The notes under the pieces: generated by a model
What the model saw: only the letters and a program-made list of their open reading frames with translations
Told to the model about the DNA's origin: nothing
Database searches by the model: none
Shown: positions 36,546 to 47,380 of the stretch, piece after piece
How the letters are laid out: every line of letters starts with the position of its first letter
Numbering within the stretch: position 1 is the stretch's first letter
Virus record (IMG/VR): IMGVR_UViG_3300028586_000799
Location: 1-52,934 of that record
Direction: 5' to 3' (one strand)
Length of the DNA: 52,934 nucleotides
Source of the DNA: a virus
Taxonomy: Duplodnaviria; Caudoviricetes
Program-made: the position numbers and the translations under genes

Positions 36546-36781
36546 TCAAAGATGAGTCTCAGGAAACCAAGGGAGGTGATAGCCCTTGGAGTATTATCGG
36601 TTCTTACCGGAAGTACTTTAAATGTAGCAGGGAGAAAGTCCTTTGGAAAACAAGCTGGGTGAACTTCAACATGGATTTAGCCACAATCCCAGGCTACGAT
36701 GCAAAGAATAAAAACGAAGATACCAAGGTGATAGCACCTGAAGATGAAGAAGCTGAATTAAGGAAAGAATTAGGATTATAG
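36461..36781 (+). CDS. -1 frameshift extension of tail chaperone (gpGT-like)
   Basis: Open -1 frame of 106 codons YKIYHLDKRTKCNHCEGCGCEACDYTG...GGDSPWS...ELRKELGL*, ending just before the tape measure ATG. Confidence 0.7.
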   Translation, partial: YKIYHLDKRTKCNHCEGCGCEACDYTGIIKDESQETKGGDSPWSIIGSYRKYFKCSREKVLWKTSWVNFNMDLATIPGYDAKNKNEDTKVIAPEDEEAELRKELGL

Positions 36782-36782
36782 C

Positions 36783-39700
36783 ATGAACGTAAACGGTGGA
36801 CCTTTAGATTTTGTAGCTGCTTTAGATAACTCGCAGTTTGGTGCCGCGATGCGTGAGATGCGCAACGATGTATCCAGGCTTACCGGTGATCTTCAGACTC
36901 AGGGTGCACAGATTGAGAGCTTCGCCAGTAAAGCCGCTGCCGCTGCTGCTGGATTCTTCTCTACACAGGCCGCTGCTGGATTTGTAAAGCAGATGGTCCA
37001 GGTTAGGGGCGAGTTTCAGCAAATCGAAATTGCTTTCAACACCATGCTTGGTAGCAAAGAAAAGGCTGATCAGCTTATGGCTGAAGCTGTTAAACTTGCT
37101 GCCATTACCCCATTTACACTTAACGATGTAGCCAAAGGCGCTAAACAGCTCTTGGCATACGGCTTCGCTGCTGGAGATATTACTCAGGAGCTTACGAAAT
37201 TAGGTAACGTGGCCGCCGGGGTTGGATCGCAGTTAGGAGATATTGTTTACCTATATGGTACAATGAAAGCTGGCGGCCGGGTTACTCAGGTCGATTTAAA
37301 CCAGTTTGCAGGGCGTGGTATTCCAATCTATGATGAACTTGCTAAAGTTATTGGCAAGACCACCGGAGAAGTCAGAGCATATGTAAGTGCCGGTAAAATC
37401 GGCTTCCCTGAAGTTGAAAAAGCATTTGGAAATATGACCGGCCAAGGCGGCAAGTTCTTCAACTTGATGCAGGAACAATCCAAGTCACTCACTGGTCAGT
37501 TAGCCAACTTAGGTGATGCCTGGGACATGATGCTGAACTCACTGGGTAAATCCCAGGAAGGTATCATTGGTGACGGTATACAGGCTGCAATCGAGCTGGT
37601 AGAAAATTATCAGAAGGTTATTGATATAATCGGAATTTTAATAATTTCCTATGGAGTATATAGAGCATCTCTAATTGTAACAGCGGTAAATCAGCGTATT
37701 GTAGCAGAAGGTCAGCTCCAAATGGCTTTATCGGGCAATACCTTAGCTGCATCACAATTAAGGGCAGTAGGAGCCACTACATTTCTCAATCAGGCATTAG
37801 TCCGTATTAGGACCACCCTGATGAGTTTTGCGGCCGCAACAGCTCCAATCGCCGTGATAACTGCATTTATCGCTGTGGGATATGCTCTTGTACAGTACCA
37901 GGATGCTGCCGAAATAGCTGAAAACTCGCTAACTGAAGCTAAAGAGAAGGGCGCTCGTGCCTTAGATAATGAAACCGAAAAGATTAATGGCTTATTGAAG
38001 ACCATTAAAGATCACAACGTTTCCAAGCGAGAACAGAAAGCTGCTTACGATGAACTTCTACAGACAACACAGGGTGCCTTAGATAAATATTCACAGGAGG
38101 AGATTGCAGCCGGAAAAGGTGCGGAAGCAATAGATAAGTACAAGGAATCAGTTCGTAAGGCTACCGAGACTAATCAGCAGTTTGCAGATTATAAAGGCTT
38201 ACAGGAACAAATTGATGCAATCAACGAGAAAGGGATTAAAGCCTTAAATACGTTTGACCGTCTCGCTATTTCCATCAAAAGAACTTTTGCGCCAACATCT
38301 CAAGGCATGTCTATGGGCCAGTGGTGGGACGAACTAATCAGTGGAAAAGCCGCGAAAAAGGGAATCATAGATAGCCAGCTGAAAGAACTGAAAGGCGCTC
38401 AAGATCTACTATTAAAGGGAAATCCAGACGTAGCTAAGTTAGTAAACACTAAGACTACTGCTGAACCACCGAAAACGACACCGCCAGTTACCCCACCAAA
38501 AACACCAGAAGAACTTGCCAAAGAAGCTGCAGCTGCTAAAAAGTACAATGCGCTACTTGAAAAGCGTAAAGACCTGGAGCGTGAGATCAGCCAGGATCTT
38601 GCGGGTGCCCGTGCTTCTGCACTTTCTGAAGAAGACAAGCAAGTTGCTGCCATCAATGCGAAATACGATGATCGTCTTGCTCAATTAGATAAGATAAATG
38701 CGAAGTTGAATCCTGAAGATCAGTCCAAGGCTAAAGTACAAGTTGAATCAGCTCGTAATGTAGAGCTCGGCGTAAATGGTATCGACACCATCATCAACGG
38801 CAAAGGCGGCTACAAGGAAGAGCTTGAACGTAAAAAGCAGCTGTTTGAAGAGTATGAACAGGCTCGGGTTGACTTTGGAGAAACGAAAGCTCGTGAATTG
38901 TACAGGAATGAGATAGGTGCTTACAAGAATTTTCTCGATTACCTGAACAACGACATAAACAGTCGTAAAGGAGATAACACCCTTTTAGCTACGAAAAAGA
39001 ACCAGGTAGCCGCCCCAATGGTGATAGAATCACAAGAAGAAGCCAGGAAACGGTATAATGGTCTACTTAAAGAATTCATGTCGTACAATGATCAACGTCA
39101 AGCCGCCATAGAAAGATACCAAGCAGATACAGCTTTACTTGAAGAAAAGGGCGTAGATACCTCGACCCGCATCACAAAGTACAAGGAAGAAATAGATGCG
39201 TTAAATGACCAGATTGTTAGGAGCTTACCTGAATTTAAAGCATTATTCGATGGAATAGATCAACTCTCAGACGATAACGCAAATAATATTGTAGATGCTG
39301 TAAAAGCGAAGTTGGCAACAACCAACATGAGTAAAGAGCTAAGAAGTGAAATTGAAAAGCTTTTAAAAAACACGAGTCTTGCTATTGCAGATCGTATGCC
39401 TGATCGTATCATTAACCTAGCTAACAGCATTGATCAGGTAACATCTGCAGTATCCGAAGTTGATGAAACTTTCGGTAAGCTGCTATCTACTGTAGGTAAT
39501 GTCGTTGGTCAGGTTGGAAACATTAAGAAAGGGATGATAGACCTTAAAGCATCTCAGGGTTCTGGAGATACATTAGGACAACTTAGTGCGGGACTTGGAA
39601 TTTTTGGTGCTGGCGTATCCATCTTCTCGTCGATAACTAAGCTATTCGATAATTCAGCTAAGCGCGAAGAACAAGCGGCCTACAGTAGGGATCTACAGAA

Positions 39701-40709
39701 CAAGCAAACAGAAGCGATTAACAAAGCACTGGAACGACAGGTCGCATTGATTAACGATGCTTATGGTACAGATCGGTTGGTCAAGTACCGAGAGGCGCAA
39801 GAGCAAATACGCAAAGATGAGGAGCTGTATCAAAAGCAATTAGCCAATCGGTATGCACTTACGGGGAATAAGGTGCTTGACGATGCGATCACCAGATACA
39901 ATACGACTGGAAATAAAGACTACTTAGGGGTTGTTAAAAATCTTGGGGATCTGGATAAATTTAAGTTGCCATCTGGACTAGCCGACCTGGAACGTCTGGC
40001 GGACGAAGGCAAACTTGATGAGGGTACTTCAAAAATTGTAGAGAACCTCATCAATGCTGAAAAGGCAGCAAAGGACCTCGCGAATCAACTCAAAGCCGAC
40101 ACAATAGGTTCATCGCTTGACAGCATTGCTGACGACTTTATAGGTGCTCTTACTGATGGCACACAGGACTTTGGTAAAACCTTCGAGGACACTATACGCA
40201 CATCTATTCTGAACGGCTTCAAGGGCGAGTTGATTAAAAATCAGCTACAGCGCTTCTATGATGACTATGCAATTGCCGCTCAGGATGGTAATCTAACAAC
40301 AGAGGAAATCGCCGCGCTTCGAAAAACATACATTGACGCTAGCGAAAAATCCAAGAAAGACCTAGAGAACCTTGAAAAGCTGACCGGTATTGATCTGACA
40401 GGTAAACCTGAGGAAAGCAACAAATCAACAGGTGGTTTAAAGTCTTCTGGCATTACGGCTTCTCAAGAATCTGTTGACGTAAATAATGCCATTGCTCGAA
40501 GTAACTACGAACAACTTAAGAGCATCGGGTTAACGGCTCTTGATCACCTTCAAGTTGCAAGACAAGGCATAGACAGCCTTCGTAATATTGAGCAACACAC
40601 ATTTAATACGGTAAATGAACTGAAGGCCTCGAATGAAAGTCTAAAAGCAATTGTGACTAACACCAAACCTGCACCGAAAAGTCAGGGATGGCAAGCTGTG
40701 GGGGGATAA
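36783..40709 (+). CDS. Tape measure protein
   Basis: 1308 aa; tape-measure N-domain (TPFTLNDV..AKQLLAYG, QFAGRGIPIYDELAK), helical repeats. Confidence 0.95.
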   Translation: MNVNGGPLDFVAALDNSQFGAAMREMRNDVSRLTGDLQTQGAQIESFASKAAAAAAGFFSTQAAAGFVKQMVQVRGEFQQIEIAFNTMLGSKEKADQLMAEAVKLAAITPFTLNDVAKGAKQLLAYGFAAGDITQELTKLGNVAAGVGSQLGDIVYLYGTMKAGGRVTQVDLNQFAGRGIPIYDELAKVIGKTTGEVRAYVSAGKIGFPEVEKAFGNMTGQGGKFFNLMQEQSKSLTGQLANLGDAWDMMLNSLGKSQEGIIGDGIQAAIELVENYQKVIDIIGILIISYGVYRASLIVTAVNQRIVAEGQLQMALSGNTLAASQLRAVGATTFLNQALVRIRTTLMSFAAATAPIAVITAFIAVGYALVQYQDAAEIAENSLTEAKEKGARALDNETEKINGLLKTIKDHNVSKREQKAAYDELLQTTQGALDKYSQEEIAAGKGAEAIDKYKESVRKATETNQQFADYKGLQEQIDAINEKGIKALNTFDRLAISIKRTFAPTSQGMSMGQWWDELISGKAAKKGIIDSQLKELKGAQDLLLKGNPDVAKLVNTKTTAEPPKTTPPVTPPKTPEELAKEAAAAKKYNALLEKRKDLEREISQDLAGARASALSEEDKQVAAINAKYDDRLAQLDKINAKLNPEDQSKAKVQVESARNVELGVNGIDTIINGKGGYKEELERKKQLFEEYEQARVDFGETKARELYRNEIGAYKNFLDYLNNDINSRKGDNTLLATKKNQVAAPMVIESQEEARKRYNGLLKEFMSYNDQRQAAIERYQADTALLEEKGVDTSTRITKYKEEIDALNDQIVRSLPEFKALFDGIDQLSDDNANNIVDAVKAKLATTNMSKELRSEIEKLLKNTSLAIADRMPDRIINLANSIDQVTSAVSEVDETFGKLLSTVGNVVGQVGNIKKGMIDLKASQGSGDTLGQLSAGLGIFGAGVSIFSSITKLFDNSAKREEQAAYSRDLQNKQTEAINKALERQVALINDAYGTDRLVKYREAQEQIRKDEELYQKQLANRYALTGNKVLDDAITRYNTTGNKDYLGVVKNLGDLDKFKLPSGLADLERLADEGKLDEGTSKIVENLINAEKAAKDLANQLKADTIGSSLDSIADDFIGALTDGTQDFGKTFEDTIRTSILNGFKGELIKNQLQRFYDDYAIAAQDGNLTTEEIAALRKTYIDASEKSKKDLENLEKLTGIDLTGKPEESNKSTGGLKSSGITASQESVDVNNAIARSNYEQLKSIGLTALDHLQVARQGIDSLRNIEQHTFNTVNELKASNESLKAIVTNTKPAPKSQGWQAVGG

Positions 40710-41632
40710 TGGAGAACGTATATTTTTTAAACGGTCAGAATATGCAAGACCAGTTCGGGATCATCCCGGCAAAGGCACCTAGTAGCAATATTGCGCTTGA
40801 AGGTGCTTGGGACATGCCTGCGCGTATTGGTAAAACGCACCATATCTGGCATGATGACAACAGCCTTGAACCTTATCTGCGTGCAGACGAGATATTCTTT
40901 GGCGGTCGGGACTTGTCCTTTCACTTCTTTGTAAAGGCAGCAGATAGGCGCACGGCAGTACTAAAGTTATATAAAATGTACGACTTCATTAATTCATTCA
41001 CTGGCCCGGCTCCCTTCAGTTCGATCAACTTCGGGTCCTATGATGTGGTTGTAAACAACGAAATCAAGATCGACTACATAGGATCAGGCATGTGCAAGGG
41101 CGTACTTACCATGCGTGAACCAGTGGTTAACATGAATGGCGGTATACCGCCAGCAGATGGTGATGGTGCTTCTTCCATCGACAAGATTAGTCTTTCCACT
41201 TTAGGGTGGGAGGTAGTATCAATGACCGATCAGTATGGCAGGCCAGCAGCAAAGTCAACCGAAGTCACTGCTTACGGATATGAAGGGGCAAAGGTTGCCA
41301 AGGTTGGGCACCGTACCATTAACCTGGAACTGGTTACTCAGAAGAACGGATACACTTTCGACTTCCTTCCTACAATAAAAACCTTGATGGCTTTGCTTGC
41401 TGCACCATATGCGCGCACACTGGCACATAACGGCATCACTCGGGAAGTATTTGCAAAAGATGGCTTTAAGGTAACCATGCTTTATAAGAACGGCGAACAA
41501 TACACAGCAAAGGTGATGATCCCTCTAACGGAGATCAGGGTGCTGGAGACATGGAATTTATTAACAGACAACCAGGGGAATACACTTACTGTAGGTGTAA
41601 TTCCCCTAACAGAAATATTAAAAATGAATTAA
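40709..41632 (+). CDS. Distal tail protein (Dit-like)
   Basis: Directly after tape measure, TAATG coupling. Confidence 0.65.
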   Translation: MENVYFLNGQNMQDQFGIIPAKAPSSNIALEGAWDMPARIGKTHHIWHDDNSLEPYLRADEIFFGGRDLSFHFFVKAADRRTAVLKLYKMYDFINSFTGPAPFSSINFGSYDVVVNNEIKIDYIGSGMCKGVLTMREPVVNMNGGIPPADGDGASSIDKISLSTLGWEVVSMTDQYGRPAAKSTEVTAYGYEGAKVAKVGHRTINLELVTQKNGYTFDFLPTIKTLMALLAAPYARTLAHNGITREVFAKDGFKVTMLYKNGEQYTAKVMIPLTEIRVLETWNLLTDNQGNTLTVGVIPLTEILKMN

Positions 41633-41636
41633 GAAG

Positions 41637-41828
41637 ATGGCAGGCACAAAAGACATAACAACTGACACCCAGAAAGTAGCGCAAGTAAGGTCGGATCACA
41701 GGCTTATGATGGTTGATCCAACGACTAAGGCTCTCGTCTATGCCGAAATCAACCAGTTAGGCGAGGGTGACTCTGCGATTGGTGGTGCTGGCGCTCCTGA
41801 AACGGATGATGATATTTTTGATTTATAG
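41637..41828 (+). CDS. Small tail-associated hypothetical protein
   Basis: 63 aa, tightly spaced. Confidence 0.5.
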   Translation: MAGTKDITTDTQKVAQVRSDHRLMMVDPTTKALVYAEINQLGEGDSAIGGAGAPETDDDIFDL

Positions 41829-41830
41829 AA

Positions 41831-43621
41831 ATGACAGAGAAACATATAAGAAAAGAGTATTCAGATGGCAAGGTTGTATTGTCAAATGTTAGGGACAAAC
41901 GAAGTAATGAGACTTATTCATTAGTTAAAACCAATTTGTATTGCGATGGAACTGTCATGACCGCTGCGAAAGTAGATGGGGACATTTACCGTCGCTTTAA
42001 GGGCAGCAGTGAATATTTCGTGAGGGCAATGGATCTCACGAAATCCAGAACTTTAGCTGTGAATAACATACTTGAGCTTCGTTCTCTTTCTATAAAAAAC
42101 TTAATCCTTCTTAGGCTTGGATACTACAACAAAGTAGAAACTAAAGGATATTACACAGATGGGGATGGCGGTGGAACAGATTATGTCATCAACATAAATG
42201 CTTTCGGTGTAGATGACGGATTCCTTACAATAAAAGCCACCAATGGTTTGTGGGTTCAGTTTAATCCAGTTATAAGAGAAACCTTAAACGTCAAGATAGC
42301 GGGCGTAAAAGGTGACTTTATTAAAGACGATTCTGCTGACATTCAAAAGGTGTTTAATTCAATGAGAGACGGTGATGAGGTTCGATTTCCGAAATGCACC
42401 GGCTATAGATTGACTGTTCCAATTGTTCCTAAAAAGAAAAATATTAAAATGACAGGCGAGTTATGCAGACTGGCTTATGACAGAGATGTAGACGGAATTG
42501 TCTTTGATATGGCTAATATCAACAATGTAAACATATCTGGATTTACCAGCGATAATACAGTGACAGCCCAAACGTTTATAAGGGCAAACTCCTGCCACCA
42601 CCTTAATGTTAGCGTAGGCTATATTGACGGAACAAAGCTATTTCTTGATCTCACAAATTGCTACTGGCCATCAATTGAAAGAATTCAAATGCAAAGCGTG
42701 TACCAGGCATTTCAGTTTAAAGGTGGTACAAATTCATTCAACCTAATCAGCGTGTCTGTTGCCGGGAATGGAATTAGGTCAACAATAGATAATACTATTG
42801 GGGGTAACATTTCAAATGGATGTTCTTTCGAGGGTAAAAGTGGCCGAATGGTTTTTACTAAGAGCCGAGGTGTAAACATCACTGGTAACTACTTTGAGGG
42901 TTACAATGAAGCCGAGATCACTAATTACATTGAAATTGGGGCGGGCAATTATAAGGACTGCGGAGGTTTTAACATTGGTGGCAACTTGTTTTATGCAGGG
43001 GCTGAACACGCTGTCACATTGAGGAACGTAGAGGGAATTACCATTCAGGGCAATTTTATTGGAACAAAACACGCTTTGGATTTATACACGTTCGACGAGA
43101 GTAACCAGAATAATATTCAGTACGGCCCCAACGATTTTAGAGGTACAGGCGATGAGTTTCATATTCGGGGAACTGTTGGACAAGCATCCGTAAGCCCTGA
43201 ATACAATATGCCGATTACGTTTTTACCAACCTTAATTCAGCCTAAGACTGGGCAACTTGCAAACTCTTTGTTTACTGATTCTAAGGGACGCTTTATGCGG
43301 AATTACAATAGTCAAAATTCTGCATTAATCTCTAATGTGTATTTCTTTAATGAAGCCTTTTTGCCGGGCGCAACTAAAACAGTTCCCATAAATATAGGCC
43401 AGTTTGCCGACACCGGGTTTATCACTGTTAACACTGTGCTTAGTGCTAAATGTGCGGTTTATGTTTACGTCAGAAACACCAACAATTCTAATGGAGAAAT
43501 CTATCTGAAACAGATTTTTAACGACCTAGATGTAGTGTTAACCTCCACCGCCTTCAATACTCTTACGTTGAAGAATAATCTAGCAACTAATCAGGTGTTG
43601 GAGCTAAATCTAAAGGGGTGA
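41831..43621 (+). CDS. Tailspike / depolymerase with right-handed beta-helix (pectate-lyase-like)
   Basis: TKGYYTDGDGGG, NVKIAGVKGD..DDSADIQK, repeated I.GN.F rungs. Confidence 0.75.
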   Translation: MTEKHIRKEYSDGKVVLSNVRDKRSNETYSLVKTNLYCDGTVMTAAKVDGDIYRRFKGSSEYFVRAMDLTKSRTLAVNNILELRSLSIKNLILLRLGYYNKVETKGYYTDGDGGGTDYVININAFGVDDGFLTIKATNGLWVQFNPVIRETLNVKIAGVKGDFIKDDSADIQKVFNSMRDGDEVRFPKCTGYRLTVPIVPKKKNIKMTGELCRLAYDRDVDGIVFDMANINNVNISGFTSDNTVTAQTFIRANSCHHLNVSVGYIDGTKLFLDLTNCYWPSIERIQMQSVYQAFQFKGGTNSFNLISVSVAGNGIRSTIDNTIGGNISNGCSFEGKSGRMVFTKSRGVNITGNYFEGYNEAEITNYIEIGAGNYKDCGGFNIGGNLFYAGAEHAVTLRNVEGITIQGNFIGTKHALDLYTFDESNQNNIQYGPNDFRGTGDEFHIRGTVGQASVSPEYNMPITFLPTLIQPKTGQLANSLFTDSKGRFMRNYNSQNSALISNVYFFNEAFLPGATKTVPINIGQFADTGFITVNTVLSAKCAVYVYVRNTNNSNGEIYLKQIFNDLDVVLTSTAFNTLTLKNNLATNQVLELNLKG

Positions 43622-46600
43622 TGCAGAAAGTTTTACAGATATACCGCAACGAGCAGCCGCACCTGTTGGTCAACATCGATGAGGAAACTTTCTTCTCGCA
43701 GGTTGTCATGGGCGAGCACATTGTATCTAGTAGATTTATCTCAGATGGGCCGCTGGATATTGATGAAGGCGACTATGTAATCTTTGGCGGCGAAAGGTTC
43801 AGCATCAATAAAACACTTCCACCAGTTACCAAGTCCGCAATTAACGAGCTGTCTTATAATCTTCAATTCCAAGGCTACATTTACGACCTTCACTATTGCG
43901 CATACCGGCACTTAGGATCTTCAGAGTTTGAACTGTTCGCCACCGCTGATGTGTTCATCGGGATAATGGTTGGCTGTCTGAATAACATCTACACAGGTTG
44001 GTCCGTTGGCCAAATTGACGTAACCGAACCTAAGCTGATCCAGTTCTTTGAGAATGGAAAGGGCTTCTCCTGTAAAGGCGCAATCATAAAAATCGCTGAA
44101 GCATTCGGACTTGAATTCTGGTTAACAGGTAAGACACTCAACTTAACTGCTCAGGCTGGCGTAGACACCAACATCACCTTTGAATACGGTAGAGGAAGAG
44201 GATTATACGAGATTGTCCGGGGTGAAATCGACAACGAGCTTTATTTCAATCGTCTTTATGTAGAAGGATCAACCAGGAATATCCCGGTTGGTTATAGAGG
44301 CGGCATGAAGCGCCTGCAAATTGATGTTCCATATCTGCAGCTTGACATTCCAGCCGGTAAGCGGATCCGGGAAACCTCCGTTGTTATAGAAGAGATTTTC
44401 CCGAAACGTGTAGGCACCATCTCTGCTGTAAGTGCCGACGGGTTAAACATTACTGATACTTCAATTGACTTTGATCTGAATGGGCAGAAGATTGAAGGGG
44501 AAAAGGCTACAGTGGAGATGCTCACTGGTGAAAACTCTGGGCAATCTTTTGAGATTGACAAGTATAATCATACCAGTAAGACCATCATTCTGGTCCCAAA
44601 TACAGAAACCACCGGCAATGTACGGCCGAATGCTGCTTTCGAGATCAAACCTGGTGATCAGTACTTCTTTGCAGGGATAAAGGTTCCAGAAACCTACATA
44701 GCAGCCGCTGAAGCTGAACTCAAATTAAAGGGCATTGAATTGCTTAAGAAAGCCACGGCTTACGTGCCTCCGTATTCAGTTCGGGTGTCTGATAAATTCA
44801 TGCGGGACAATGGACTGAAAATCAATGCCGGTGATCGTGTAAGGCTCAAAGATGCTGCACTTGGCATTGATGTTAAGATCAGGGTGTCAGCTGTTAAATT
44901 CTCATTGGTTGATCCTTATACAGTGGAGCTGCTGATCAGCGATGTCATTCCATATGCATCTGAGGATAAAAACATCATCGAGATCGGCAATGCTAAGAAA
45001 GAAACAGTTGTAGTCAATAAGGTCAATGCGGAAAAGGCTCGCAGGAATATGCTCGATATCCGCAGACTTCAGCAGAATGTCTTTGATCCGGATGGATACT
45101 TTGATGGAACCAATATACGTCCGAACAGCATTGAAACGCTAATGCTTTCTGTTGGCGCCAAGTCTCAGAACTTTGGCTTGAATGGCGTTTCCATCAATGC
45201 AAACACAGGTGGCGATCCGAACTTTGTGACGGTATCTCAAGGAGCTTTAATACACTACGAAATTCAGATTGAAGGTTTAGGTTACGTCTGGCAGATGAGT
45301 GCCGTAGAGTTTCCGGCACTTGACCCTGCTAAAACTTACTTCCTTTCTGCCAAATGCAGAACAACCGCACTTACAGGGGAATGGGTATTATCTGAAACTC
45401 CTATCAAGACTGAAGAAGAAACAGGTTACTACCATTTTTATGTAGGGCTTTTCTATCCAGTGACACAAGGATCACGTGGCTATGATCTTACTAACGGCAT
45501 GACCTTCATTGTAGGAGATCGAATTACTACCGGCCGTATCCAGTCGCTTGACGGATTATCCTTCCTTTACCTTAGCCAAAATAAGTTCAATGTTGGTGAC
45601 CTTCTCACAGGCCTAGACTGGGATGTGACCAATGCAGGACAGCTTACTATCCGCGGAAACATCGTAGCAAATAACGCATCATTCATTGGATTGATCGTTC
45701 AGAACCTGGTCGCAGGCAAGGTGCGCATCACGGCTGCCGCGAACAATATCAGGATGGTGGATACGGCGAGAGATAAAATCATAATGCTGCTGGATGACGA
45801 TAGTGCATTGGAGGGCTCTTACTGGTCTACAGATAAAACAGTGGACAACCCAGATGGAACGCCCGATCCCAACCTTTTAGGCACGCAAATCAGACAGGAA
45901 AACGGTGCTGATGTAACTTATTACAAGTATGCTAAGCGCGGCGTAGGTGCTACTTTTGGCACGCCAGGAGAGGCTACAACCGCCATCGGCCGGGCTGGTA
46001 TATTCTCAACGGATAATAATGGTATAATACATATGCAGCGAAAGCTTGACCTTACAACAGGTCGAGGCTACATCAGGGATAACGTGTACAACGGTCTTAT
46101 TTATGAATCCTTGATCAACAAAACATCTGGGCTCAGGATGTCTGCACAGTTTAAGATTCAGACCATTGGAGGCATCAACTACGTGGTTGCTGATGAAGTG
46201 CAGACAGAAGTTGAGCGCATGTATAACCCGAACGTGATCGCTGATGCTGGTGATAATGGTAACTCCGGAGGTGGTGGCGGTGGCGTAATACTTGAGCCAA
46301 CTGATCCAACTCCTACAAATCCAACCACGCTAAAAGCGAAGTTCCCCTACAACGTGGGTGTGGCATTTAAAGACGCCCTGCTTAACGACACCCAATACGG
46401 CGGCATTGTAAAAACTGAGTTTGATCAGATGACTCCTGAAAACGGCTGTAAGTTTGGCAAGATCAGGCCGAATCGGGCAACGTTCAACTTCAACGAGCTT
46501 AATGATAATTTCAACTGGGCAAAAGCAAACGGCCTGAAAGTCCACTTGCATTACCTGCTTCCAGGCGGCGATGATAAAACGATCCAATGGTTCCTTGACA

Positions 46601-47370
46601 TGGAATCACTACCAAATGCTGCAGTAGAGGTTGAAGCAGAAATCAGACTTCACATCAAGACTGTACTTCAACACGTAATGGTTGGTACTTATGCCGGCAT
46701 GGTGGTTTCTATCGATATCGTAAACGAATGTCTAACTGGCGGAGGGAACGTCAAGGACAGCATGCTTAAGCGCCTATTTGGTGAGCAGTACATCGACATT
46801 GTTATTGACGAGTGCCAGAAGTGGGCGCCAAATATACCGAGGCTGCTTAATGACTTCGACTTTGAATATAGCACTAGTAAGGTTCAAGGGGTAATCGCGC
46901 TTCGTGACAGGATAGCTTCTCGTGGCTACACTTTAGATGGTATCGGCTCACAGATGCACAGTGTGTTGCGCATGATGACTGAGACACCTACAAGTCTGAA
47001 TGAGTTTAGAAGCCGAATTCAACTGATTGCCGATTCCGGCATGATGCTGCACATCTCTGAACTCGATGTTAGATGCAGAAGGGGAACGGATGGCGTGTCT
47101 TTAGGTCCTTATCCATTTATGACACCAGAATTGGAGGCGGCACAAGCAAACTTCTTTGTGCAGGTTCATAAAGCACCATGGGAGATCATGCCTCAGGGCA
47201 AACTACTTGCGGTGACTGTCTGGTCGCTTGATGACAACTCCAACTTCGAGAACATTCCGACCATGACCGACTACACGTCTATATGGTACCTGGAGAATGG
47301 CATATACAAGAAAAGGCTTGCTCACCAGGCGCTGATGAACATGGAAATAGGAACGGAATTAGAACTTTAG
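43618..47370 (+). CDS. Tail-tip / baseplate hub protein with C-terminal GH10 glycosidase domain
   Basis: N-terminal prophage-tail-like region (FEYGRGRGL, NRLYVEGSTRNIP, GDRVRLKD); Gly/Pro-Thr linker; then TPENGCK, DIVNE, NDFDFE, GIGSQMH, ISELD. Confidence 0.85.
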   Translation: MMQKVLQIYRNEQPHLLVNIDEETFFSQVVMGEHIVSSRFISDGPLDIDEGDYVIFGGERFSINKTLPPVTKSAINELSYNLQFQGYIYDLHYCAYRHLGSSEFELFATADVFIGIMVGCLNNIYTGWSVGQIDVTEPKLIQFFENGKGFSCKGAIIKIAEAFGLEFWLTGKTLNLTAQAGVDTNITFEYGRGRGLYEIVRGEIDNELYFNRLYVEGSTRNIPVGYRGGMKRLQIDVPYLQLDIPAGKRIRETSVVIEEIFPKRVGTISAVSADGLNITDTSIDFDLNGQKIEGEKATVEMLTGENSGQSFEIDKYNHTSKTIILVPNTETTGNVRPNAAFEIKPGDQYFFAGIKVPETYIAAAEAELKLKGIELLKKATAYVPPYSVRVSDKFMRDNGLKINAGDRVRLKDAALGIDVKIRVSAVKFSLVDPYTVELLISDVIPYASEDKNIIEIGNAKKETVVVNKVNAEKARRNMLDIRRLQQNVFDPDGYFDGTNIRPNSIETLMLSVGAKSQNFGLNGVSINANTGGDPNFVTVSQGALIHYEIQIEGLGYVWQMSAVEFPALDPAKTYFLSAKCRTTALTGEWVLSETPIKTEEETGYYHFYVGLFYPVTQGSRGYDLTNGMTFIVGDRITTGRIQSLDGLSFLYLSQNKFNVGDLLTGLDWDVTNAGQLTIRGNIVANNASFIGLIVQNLVAGKVRITAAANNIRMVDTARDKIIMLLDDDSALEGSYWSTDKTVDNPDGTPDPNLLGTQIRQENGADVTYYKYAKRGVGATFGTPGEATTAIGRAGIFSTDNNGIIHMQRKLDLTTGRGYIRDNVYNGLIYESLINKTSGLRMSAQFKIQTIGGINYVVADEVQTEVERMYNPNVIADAGDNGNSGGGGGGVILEPTDPTPTNPTTLKAKFPYNVGVAFKDALLNDTQYGGIVKTEFDQMTPENGCKFGKIRPNRATFNFNELNDNFNWAKANGLKVHLHYLLPGGDDKTIQWFLDMESLPNAAVEVEAEIRLHIKTVLQHVMVGTYAGMVVSIDIVNECLTGGGNVKDSMLKRLFGEQYIDIVIDECQKWAPNIPRLLNDFDFEYSTSKVQGVIALRDRIASRGYTLDGIGSQMHSVLRMMTETPTSLNEFRSRIQLIADSGMMLHISELDVRCRRGTDGVSLGPYPFMTPELEAAQANFFVQVHKAPWEIMPQGKLLAVTVWSLDDNSNFENIPTMTDYTSIWYLENGIYKKRLAHQALMNMEIGTELEL

Positions 47371-47380
47371 TCAACACAAT

